Positions 31,086 to 36,493 are shown, counted from the first letter of the stretch. The stretch is DNA of 36,935 nt from a virus (IMGVR_UViG_3300020463_000051:1-36935); one strand, 5' to 3'. Made by a program: numbers and translations. The notes: a model not told the origin generated them from the letters alone.

Positions 31086-31198
31086 TTTTACTGGGAAAAT
31101 TATTTTGGAAAAATTTTATATTTTATATCACGCTCGCGGATGCAAGACTTTATAGATTAGCTCTTCTGGGACTCCTTAAACGGCATACGGGGGGGGGC

Positions 31199-31259
31199 AA
31201 CTGCCTGAGAGGTTCGACTTAAATGCGATTAGTTAACGCAACCCATGCCTCAGGCAGTT
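31199..31259. other. Intergenic stem-loop (terminator or structured RNA) at the early/late junction
   Basis: Perfect 11-bp inverted repeat AACTGCCTGAG (31199-31209) / CTCAGGCAGTT (31249-31259) enclosing nested GGTT..AACC and TGCG..CGCA pairings. Adjacent to a 9-G run. Confidence 0.55.
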
Positions 31260-31332
31260 AGATGTGTGGTCTTACTGTATAACAAGCGTCTTAGTAGGAT
31301 AACCCCACAGGTAAAGTCATACATGCCACGTC

Positions 31333-31578
31333 TTAGAATGGACAGTCTTCGGGGACTCTCCTCTCAAACTCTGGTGCTTCGCCTTGCATCCAGTGCATAC
31401 GCTGTGCCTCCTGCCACTTGGTATGCTTCACACGTTCTTCAAGTTCATCATATACACTGCGGTCTTCAGAGAACATAACGTGTTCATTCATTTCGTCCTC
31501 TGTGTATCCGTGCTCATGTCTGTATTCTTCCCAGACTGCGTCATAGATGTATGTATTCTCAGGCATAGGATTAAGCAA
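31333..31578 (-). CDS. Acidic hypothetical early protein (81 aa)
   Basis: ORF track. Overlaps the end of the upstream ORF; the ATG of MPEN is an alternative start. Last gene of the leftward early array. Confidence 0.65.
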   Translation of the reverse strand: MLNPMPENTYIYDAVWEEYRHEHGYTEDEMNEHVMFSEDRSVYDELEERVKHTKWQEAQRMHWMQGEAPEFERRVPEDCPF

Positions 31579-31762
31579 ATAAAGGTCTCATGTAGTCCTT
31601 GAATCTCTCTCTCATCTCATCTGCAAGAACTTGTATTTGTTCCGTGGTGAGAACGTCTTCTAGGAGAGGGTTGTCAATACAGATTTCGTCATAGCATGCA
31701 TCGGATACGCCTTTGTCTGTTAGGTCGTATTTGTGAAGTTCTACGTGTTTGAAAAAGGACAT
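31571..31762 (-). CDS. Hypothetical early protein (63 aa)
   Basis: ORF track. TAATG-coupled to 31762-31926. Confidence 0.75.
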   Translation of the reverse strand: MSFFKHVELHKYDLTDKGVSDACYDEICIDNPLLEDVLTTEQIQVLADEMRERFKDYMRPLFA

Positions 31763-31926
31763 TAGTAAGAACCCTCCACAATGCGAGATCCGTTAAGAGA
31801 ATACCAGACAAGTTCTGCCTTGCCGTATTCTTCTGCCATACTGAATAGCATATCGTATGCAAATGAACCCATTGGAACTGGTTCCTTGATTAGTGTATTA
31901 GGGACTTCGATGAATTTTTGAATCAT
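31762..31926 (-). CDS. Hypothetical early protein (54 aa)
   Basis: Read directly: MIQKFIEVPNTLIKEPVPMGSFAYDMLFSMAEEYGKAELVWYSLNGSRIVEGSY*. Lies directly downstream of a TATAAT promoter. Confidence 0.75.
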   Translation of the reverse strand: MIQKFIEVPNTLIKEPVPMGSFAYDMLFSMAEEYGKAELVWYSLNGSRIVEGSY

Positions 31927-31958
31927 AATCTAAATGTGAGTAATTGATTTCGTTTGTA

Positions 31959-32025
31959 TATCCTTATTATAGAGGATAGAGGGGACATAGTGCGAGTATA
32001 TCCCGATACTGTAACAATTCGTTAC
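31959..32025 (-). promoter_or_regulatory. Early promoter, class II cassette
   Basis: TATAAT at 31966-31971 followed after 6 nt by ATACAAAC. Upstream GTAACGAATTGTTAC (32011-32025), 39 nt from the -10. Imperfect hairpin GGGATATA/TATGTCCC in between. Confidence 0.75.
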
Positions 32026-32186
32026 GTGGTATAATCCCATGGGGCGGGTTCGCAAATCTTCTCTACTAGAGAATCAAATGCTTGCTCTGTGTCGTCGTCT
32101 ATCCATCCCATATCTAGGAAGTATTCGCCCATCTTGACGAGGACTGATTCCTCGCTCTCTGTGACTGTGATATTGCGTTTATCCAT
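32022..32186 (-). CDS. Hypothetical early protein (54 aa)
   Basis: Read directly: MDKRNITVTESEESVLVKMGEYFLDMGWIDDDTEQAFDSLVEKICEPAPWDYTT*. ATG immediately follows the upstream stop, with GGAGG upstream. Confidence 0.75.
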   Translation of the reverse strand: MDKRNITVTESEESVLVKMGEYFLDMGWIDDDTEQAFDSLVEKICEPAPWDYTT

Positions 32187-32375
32187 TTACTTAACCTCCA
32201 TCCATTTGAATTCTGACACAGTGCCTACTTTCCATATAGTCACGGGACGCTCTAGCAATTCTGCCTGTCTGATTGCGTGACGTTTAGCATCTGCGAAGTG
32301 GGAACCGTCGAAGACGTCTGCCCATATTTTAACTTCGTTTCCGTAGTCTGAAGGTTGGATTGCCCAAGTAGTCAT
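32187..32375 (-). CDS. Hypothetical early protein (62 aa)
   Basis: MTTWAIQPSDYGNEVKIWADV...WMEVK. Start moved from 32471 to 32375 because the longer N-terminus runs through the promoter. Confidence 0.75.
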   Translation of the reverse strand: MTTWAIQPSDYGNEVKIWADVFDGSHFADAKRHAIRQAELLERPVTIWKVGTVSEFKWMEVK

Positions 32376-32402
32376 AATGCTCTGATTGGTGAATTGTTTG
32401 TA

Positions 32403-32469
32403 TGTACTTATTATAGCGTCATCAAGGACGTTAACGAGAGTACGTGCGAGTATTGAAATATTACGTAAC
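32403..32469 (-). promoter_or_regulatory. Early promoter, class II cassette
   Basis: TATAAT at 32410-32415, then N6, then ATACAAACAA. Upstream GTTACGTAATATTTC (32455-32469), again 39 nt from the -10, and 10/15 identical to the 32011-32025 box. Confidence 0.72.
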
Positions 32470-32470
32470 A

Positions 32471-32638
32471 TTAGTGTCTGTCGCTAATGTACCAGATTCC
32501 GTATCTGTTAATCTCTTGAGGTTCAAAGTTACGCTTTGACATCTCTGCTAATGCTGCCTGAACTGCGGGGTCATTCATTGCAGACTGGTTGACTAAAACT
32601 CTTCCGTCGTAGATTGGTTGAAGTTTGTCGTTGAACAT
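32471..32638 (-). CDS. Hypothetical early protein (55 aa)
   Basis: MFNDKLQPIYDGRVLVNQSAMNDPAVQAAL...WYISDRH. Start moved downstream of the promoter cassette. Confidence 0.75.
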   Translation of the reverse strand: MFNDKLQPIYDGRVLVNQSAMNDPAVQAALAEMSKRNFEPQEINRYGIWYISDRH

Positions 32639-32661
32639 AAGGTTAACCTTTGCTTTGTTTA

Positions 32662-32726
32662 TACTACTATTATACTGCCTATGAAGTGCATATGGGAAAA
32701 TAGTGGACACTTTGTTAACTGGCACA
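32662..32726 (-). promoter_or_regulatory. Early promoter, class I cassette (palindrome + hairpin + TATAAT)
   Basis: TGTGCCAGTT-AACA-AAGTGTCCAC (32703-32726), then 28 nt containing a CCCATATG..CATAGG stem, TATAAT at 32669-32674, then ATAAACAAA. Confidence 0.85.
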
Positions 32727-32763
32727 CTGGGTCAGCTGGATTGACACCAGGTCAGCTGGATTG
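32724..32763. repeat. Tandem ~20-bp duplication containing CAGCTG
   Basis: GGTCAGCTGGATTG at 32730-32743 and 32750-32763, each preceded by ACAC..G. Confidence 0.8.
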
Positions 32764-32765
32764 CC

Positions 32766-33008
32766 TCAATACTCTGAGACAACCTTTAACCAATTCCAGA
32801 CTTCTGCCTTTGTTAGGTATCCTCTGACGTCCTGCCACTCATGATCATCATAGTGAAGTTTGTCACCTTTTAAAAGAGCGATTTCATAAAGACCATCGGA
32901 TCCTCCGTAAGAATGCTCATGACATGCGACGGATAAACCGTAACCGTTGTCGCAATAATATCTGACTACTTTTTCTGGTTTGCGTATTACTCTTTTTGAT
33001 GTGAACAT
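32766..33008 (-). CDS. Hypothetical early protein (80 aa; NGYGLSV...SYGG..GLYEIA.L family)
   Basis: ORF track. First gene left of the divergent promoter. The motif is one I recognise as widespread in phage early regions. Confidence 0.8.
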   Translation of the reverse strand: MFTSKRVIRKPEKVVRYYCDNGYGLSVACHEHSYGGSDGLYEIALLKGDKLHYDDHEWQDVRGYLTKAEVWNWLKVVSEY

Positions 33009-33035
33009 TTGGAACTCGTAATGGTTTTGTTTCTA

Positions 33036-33142
33036 TGATTCTATTATACTGCCTATGAACAGCATATGGGACAATAGTGGACAGTTTATAAAGTGGCACA
33101 CTACCTGGTAATATCACCCGCTGCCGATGTATAATAAGGGAG
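33036..33142. promoter_or_regulatory. Bidirectional early promoter sharing one class I palindrome
   Basis: GTGGACAGTT-TATA-AAGTGGCACA (33077-33100), with a minus-strand TATAAT at 33043-33048 (28 nt away) and a plus-strand TATAAT at 33130-33135 (29 nt away). Confidence 0.85.
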
Positions 33143-33161
33143 TACTGAAGATTACTGCTTT

Positions 33162-33461
33162 ATGCAAACTCATAGCATCACATTAGGTCTTAACATCGGA
33201 GATGAGGGCAAAGTCACTCGTCAGATGTGGGACGCATTCGTATTAGACACCGTAGCAACTCAGCTTGAATTTTGTACTATACAAGATTGTCAAGGCATCT
33301 ACCGTGGAACCGTCGAACAGTCTAAAATCATTAGTGTTAACACTGACGATAAAGCGATTGTAGGGACACTTCTTAAAGTGGGCGAAGCATACAAGAAAGC
33401 GTTTAGGCAGGATGCTATAATGTATACAGCGGTAACGCTTCCACAATTGGTATTCACATGA
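33162..33461 (+). CDS. DUF3574-like small alpha/beta protein (99 aa)
   Basis: G.NI....V....W..FV...V......TI.D..G.YRG..EQSKII.......YKKAFRQDAI resembles the DUF3574 pattern. Confidence 0.65.
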   Translation: MQTHSITLGLNIGDEGKVTRQMWDAFVLDTVATQLEFCTIQDCQGIYRGTVEQSKIISVNTDDKAIVGTLLKVGEAYKKAFRQDAIMYTAVTLPQLVFT

Positions 33462-33526
33462 CCCGCAGATTCACAGAGGTATTCTACCTCTTCTTTCTAA
33501 CCATCTTACACATTTTTGACTTATGA
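33458..33526 (+). CDS. Possible 22-aa hydrophobic micro-ORF
   Basis: MTRRFTEVFYLFFLTILHIFDL*, with ATGA overlaps to both flanking genes. Confidence 0.4.
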   Translation: MTRRFTEVFYLFFLTILHIFDL

Positions 33527-33786
33527 TTAATAACTTCGCTGAATTTCTTGACTACTGCCTAGACTTCTATGGGGTGAATGGTATCTATCCAGAGAACAAA
33601 CGTACTAAAGAGCAGATTGCCTATGCAACACTCATGCATTTAGATATGTGTGCCTCAGAGCATGTTACTGATTACTCATGGGGTAACGGTGACAGTCTAG
33701 ACCGTGAGCGAGTACGCGACATTATGAATAGATTGTTTTCTAAGGTAGAACTACCCGCCACACCTAAGACACCATCATTCTTCTAG
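33523..33786 (+). CDS. Hypothetical early protein (87 aa) with GDSLDRERVRD motif
   Basis: ORF track. Its TAG stop forms the left end of the next promoter palindrome. Confidence 0.8.
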   Translation: MINNFAEFLDYCLDFYGVNGIYPENKRTKEQIAYATLMHLDMCASEHVTDYSWGNGDSLDRERVRDIMNRLFSKVELPATPKTPSFF

Positions 33787-33860
33787 GACAGTTGGCAAAC
33801 TGTCCACTATCACCCCATAGGCAGGTGAAAATGCTCTATAATGTAAACATACAAACAAAG
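33784..33860 (+). promoter_or_regulatory. Early promoter, class I cassette
   Basis: TAGGACAGTT-GGCA-AACTGTCCAC (33784-33807), TCACC..GGTGA stem, TATAAT at 33837-33842 (29 nt away), then ATACAAACAAA. Confidence 0.85.
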
Positions 33861-33871
33861 GACATTTCAAA

Positions 33872-34132
33872 ATGATTCTCAGACAACAAGGTTCAAACCA
33901 AACAGAATTATCTCTCAACAACGGTGATTCAATTTTCTTTTCATATGAAACACCTGTAGCGGGTTATGCAAAGGGGTTTGGTTACTTCAAAACTTCTACA
34001 TGGTATAGTTCAACTACTACTAGACACATCAACAAGTACTTCAAGCATATAGACAAAGCAAACATAAAAGAAGTGCCTGACTCATTCATAGTTGAGAGAT
34101 GCAACAGCGACATTCTTCAGGGGGTCGCTTAA
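33872..34132 (+). CDS. Hypothetical early protein (86 aa; FSYETPVA...YSSTTTRHINK family)
   Basis: ORF track. Directly downstream of a promoter cassette. Confidence 0.8.
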   Translation: MILRQQGSNQTELSLNNGDSIFFSYETPVAGYAKGFGYFKTSTWYSSTTTRHINKYFKHIDKANIKEVPDSFIVERCNSDILQGVA

Positions 34133-34275
34133 TGCTTACTTCATCAGTGTGCAACATGTCAGACACCGAGATCCTTTGGTCAATCTACTACGAGGTCATG
34201 CAGGAATTTCCTAGTAAGACCGAAGACCAACACATAGAAATTACTAACGAGAGGTACGCCCGTGACTATGCATAA
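34132..34275 (+). CDS. Hypothetical early protein (47 aa)
   Basis: Read directly: MLTSSVCNMSDTEILWSIYYEVMQEFPSKTEDQHIEITNERYARDYA*. TAATG-coupled. Confidence 0.7.
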   Translation: MLTSSVCNMSDTEILWSIYYEVMQEFPSKTEDQHIEITNERYARDYA

Positions 34276-34435
34276 TATTCAACTTACAACAGGTCAACTC
34301 GGATACCTACAAGAACTCGTCATGTTTGGTTATGAGATGGACGTGGCAGAGCAGAAAGACTGGGACGTACAAACGTATGATAACCTAGTTGATGCAGTCA
34401 TGGAGGGAGTTTACAAGCAGATTCCAGACAGTTAA
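34268..34435 (+). CDS. Hypothetical early protein (55 aa)
   Basis: Read directly: MHNIQLTTGQLGYLQELVMFGYEMDVAEQKDWDVQTYDNLVDAVMEGVYKQIPDS*. Ends inside the next palindrome. Confidence 0.72.
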   Translation: MHNIQLTTGQLGYLQELVMFGYEMDVAEQKDWDVQTYDNLVDAVMEGVYKQIPDS

Positions 34436-34500
34436 CAAACTGGTACAACTAGTCCCTAAAGTAAATCTCTAGGGACTATAATATTACTATACAAACAAGG
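34424..34500 (+). promoter_or_regulatory. Early promoter, class I cassette
   Basis: CCAGACAGTT-AACA-AACTGGTACA (34424-34447), perfect 9-bp stem TAGTCCCTA/TAGGGACTA, TATAAT at 34477-34482 (29 nt away), then ATACAAACAA. Confidence 0.85.
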
Positions 34501-34511
34501 TTTTAAAATCT

Positions 34512-34715
34512 ATGTCAAATCCAAACAAATTGAAGCAAGTCAAACTTTCAGTAATCCTTGAGAAACTAACCGAACTCGGTTGGGATTATTCTTGTAATAG
34601 AATGTCTAGGTCTGGTATGCAAATCTATGACGAAATCATGAGATACGTAGGGATTCTAGATGCCAACGAGCATTGGAACGAGGATTGCTTTTCAGACAGC
34701 AACGGGGACTGGTAA
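34512..34715 (+). CDS. Hypothetical early protein (67 aa; ELGWDY..NRMSRSG...YD family)
   Basis: ORF track. Single-gene unit between two cassettes. Confidence 0.8.
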   Translation: MSNPNKLKQVKLSVILEKLTELGWDYSCNRMSRSGMQIYDEIMRYVGILDANEHWNEDCFSDSNGDW

Positions 34716-34723
34716 TTAAAGTA

Positions 34724-34795
34724 AGGGACAGTTGACAAACTGTCCACCAGCTGCCCATAGCGATCTGTATATCCGTTATAATAAAGATATACAGA
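34724..34795 (+). promoter_or_regulatory. Early promoter, class I cassette with the -10 in the loop of an inverted repeat
   Basis: AGGGACAGTT-GACA-AACTGTCCAC (34724-34747). TATAAT at 34777-34782 (29 nt away), flanked by a perfect TCTGTATATC/GATATACAGA pair. Confidence 0.82.
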
Positions 34796-34856
34796 GTTGG
34801 GTCGCTCTTTAAATCTTCGTCACTCAAGCAGCTGTTTTTTATAGTCAGCTGACCTC
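34789..34856 (+). ncRNA. Candidate small non-coding RNA
   Basis: The predicted +1 at 34789 is followed by no convincing ORF. There is a short AGAGT/GCTCT stem and a CAGCTG-T6-ATAGT-CAGCTG stem before the next promoter. Confidence 0.35.
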
Positions 34857-34858
34857 AT

Positions 34859-34938
34859 GTATCAATTGATACGATGTATAATATGATACTTGCAGCACCT
34901 GGTGTAATCCTCTATAATAATAGTATAAACAAACAAAC
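34859..34938 (+). promoter_or_regulatory. Early promoter, class II-like cassette with a perfect GTA-N8-TAC palindrome
   Basis: GTATCAATTGATAC (34859-34872), TATAAT at 34913-34918 (40 nt away), then ATAAACAAACAAAC. A second TATAAT lies at 34877-34882. Confidence 0.72.
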
Positions 34939-34942
34939 TTCT

Positions 34943-35389
34943 ATGTCAACAAATGCAAGGATCGGTTATGTACTTCAAGATGATTCCATTCTTTCTGTTT
35001 ATCATCATTGGGACGGTTACCCCCAGTGGTTGGGTGTAATGCTTAATGAGCATTATAATACAGATGAAAAGGTAAGGGAACTTATAGACGGTGGTAATAT
35101 GTCGTCTTGCTATTCTACCAGCAAGTGGAATAAAGAAACTGAAAAGTTTGACGAGTGCGAGGGACACCCCGAATACTACGGGGGCGACTCTGAAGTACCC
35201 CGAAGAAGTCAAACTATGCAGGAATTAGCAGAGATAGACGACGGGCAAGAGTTCTTTTATCTGTGGTTAAAAGGTCGCTGGCATTGTTACAGCATCGACT
35301 ATACAAGAGATGAGAACTGGAACAAAATCACTACAACCATATGCGGGTTAACAATACCCACCATGGAAGAGGTAGCAAAGGACAGTTAA
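34943..35389 (+). CDS. Conserved phage early protein (YxHWDGYP family, 148 aa)
   Basis: MSTNARIG...SVYHHWDGYPQWLGVML..HY...VRELIDGGNMSS. Start moved from 34874 to 34943, downstream of the promoter. Confidence 0.85.
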   Translation: MSTNARIGYVLQDDSILSVYHHWDGYPQWLGVMLNEHYNTDEKVRELIDGGNMSSCYSTSKWNKETEKFDECEGHPEYYGGDSEVPRRSQTMQELAEIDDGQEFFYLWLKGRWHCYSIDYTRDENWNKITTTICGLTIPTMEEVAKDS

Positions 35390-35455
35390 CAAACTGGCAC
35401 ACTCAACCCCTATTAAACCATGATAGGGGTTATAATATTAATATACAAACAAGGT
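35378..35455 (+). promoter_or_regulatory. Early promoter, class I cassette
   Basis: AAGGACAGTT-AACA-AACTGGCACA (35378-35401), perfect 9-bp stem AACCCCTAT/ATAGGGGTT, TATAAT at 35431-35436 (29 nt away), then ATACAAACAA. Confidence 0.85.
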
Positions 35456-35465
35456 TTTAAAATCT

Positions 35466-35642
35466 ATGTCAACTCTACACCATGAATCTATACTCGAAGA
35501 TTGTTTTGAGACAGCAGTAACAGAATTCTGTGAAGCAAACAACCTAACAAGTGAGATGTTCGCTCTAATAGAAGACCATCTAGGAGTTCAAATTGCACTC
35601 GACAAAAAAGCAAATGCTATATTCGAAGCGAGGTGCATATAA
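35466..35642 (+). CDS. Hypothetical early protein (58 aa)
   Basis: Read directly: MSTLHHESILEDCFETAVTEFCEANNLTSEMFALIEDHLGVQIALDKKANAIFEARCI*. Confidence 0.78.
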   Translation: MSTLHHESILEDCFETAVTEFCEANNLTSEMFALIEDHLGVQIALDKKANAIFEARCI

Positions 35643-35719
35643 TGAACTGCAGACCTCAACCAGTCACCCCATACAACCGCGATGGATTCCCCTCTAAACG
35701 TTACCTAGGAGCAAAATGA
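35642..35719 (+). CDS. Possible 25-aa micro-ORF
   Basis: MNCRPQPVTPYNRDGFPSKRYLGAK*. TAATG overlap upstream and ATGA overlap downstream. Confidence 0.45.
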   Translation: MNCRPQPVTPYNRDGFPSKRYLGAK

Positions 35720-35949
35720 AAAGTTTAACACCCATAGAATACAAGGCATTAATCGCTAAGGACACTTTAAGAATAGGTGAGACATTAAACTCACCTAATG
35801 AACTCGCTCTCCTAGACCTCATAGCAGACGTCCAGGAAACATTCGCGTTCTTAAGCATCACCGATTGTTCACCCTCTGACGGTGACATGAAAATGCTAGA
35901 CCGTGCAGTTAAGAAGTTTAAAACTCAAGTCTGGGAGAATTCCTTATGA
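35716..35949 (+). CDS. Hypothetical early protein (77 aa)
   Basis: ORF track. AGGAG upstream of the ATG. Confidence 0.75.
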   Translation: MKSLTPIEYKALIAKDTLRIGETLNSPNELALLDLIADVQETFAFLSITDCSPSDGDMKMLDRAVKKFKTQVWENSL

Positions 35950-36104
35950 ACTCACAAAAGTATTACAACCTCTATGAGCATATACCAGAGGACGAGCATA
36001 ATCACATTTCTAACAAGATTTGGGAAGCATTTGAGAGAGCAGGGATAAAGTTATCTCAAGATGCCGAACTATCAATTAGAATATATGATGAGAGGGTAGA
36101 TTAA
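35946..36104 (+). CDS. Hypothetical early protein (52 aa)
   Basis: Read directly: MNSQKYYNLYEHIPEDEHNHISNKIWEAFERAGIKLSQDAELSIRIYDERVD*. ATGA and TAATG overlaps. Confidence 0.72.
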   Translation: MNSQKYYNLYEHIPEDEHNHISNKIWEAFERAGIKLSQDAELSIRIYDERVD

Positions 36105-36337
36105 TGGCGTATTGCGACTCATGCGGGAACTTTGATGATACCTATGATGGGATTCTTAAAGACAAAAAGGATCCCAATTATCAACCAGACCTCTATTATT
36201 ATTGGGACGCCCCACTCGAAGAGAATTATGATTGGCGAGATGCATTCCCTCTTATGGATTGTATGTGCGAGATCTGTTTTGATATCGCCATCGAGGAAAA
36301 GAAAATAAAGTGGATTGATAATCCATTAGTGGATTAA
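36104..36337 (+). CDS. Small Cys-rich, probable Zn-binding protein (77 aa)
   Basis: CDSC near the N-terminus and CMCEIC near the C-terminus. Confidence 0.78.
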   Translation: MAYCDSCGNFDDTYDGILKDKKDPNYQPDLYYYWDAPLEENYDWRDAFPLMDCMCEICFDIAIEEKKIKWIDNPLVD

Positions 36338-36362
36338 ATAATATATCCAACGTCATAGCAGC

Positions 36363-36396
36363 AACCCTCTAGCAACAGATAGTTGCAGAGGGTTTT
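36363..36396 (+). terminator. Probable intrinsic terminator ending the rightward early array
   Basis: AACCCTCT-A-GCAAC-agata-GTTGC-AGAGGGTT(TT): a 13-bp stem with one bulge, between convergent genes. Confidence 0.65.
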
Positions 36397-36450
36397 ATAC
36401 TGGGGCAGCACCTGGTCAGTGTCTAGGAGGTACTGGCAGAGTGCTACAGC

Positions 36451-36483
36451 TGTCTCTAATGTCTTATGTGTCTCATATGTCTC
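36451..36483. repeat. Four TGTCTY hexamers at 9-nt period
   Basis: TGTCTC 36451, TGTCTT 36460, TGTCTC 36469, TGTCTC 36478. Confidence 0.65.
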
Positions 36484-36493
36484 AACATAAGTC

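Noticed and set aside
31205-31225. GGTTCGA as a tRNA T-loop
   Set aside because: No T-stem closure, D arm or acceptor stem could be built.
31199-31259. Hairpin as a hammerhead, twister or pistol ribozyme
   Set aside because: Catalytic core motifs such as CUGANGA...GAAA are not present on either strand.
32011-32025. GTA...TAC as an NtcA box
   Set aside because: The spacer is 9 nt rather than 8. It fits an HLR1-like direct repeat better.
32376-34942. Extended N-termini in the ORF track (starts at 32471, 32725, 34874)
   Set aside because: They run through promoter cassettes. The downstream ATGs after the A/C-rich leaders are more plausible.
32662-35455. Repeated palindromes as a CRISPR array
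   Set aside because: Copies are degenerate, 300-700 nt apart, separated by genes and tied to TATAAT boxes. No cas genes are present.
31245-35888. Opposite-strand ORFs in the early region (31245+, 31384+, 32089+, 32618+, 32917-, 33243-, 34636-, 34946-, 35694-)
   Set aside because: They overlap better-supported promoter-driven genes or cross promoter cassettes.
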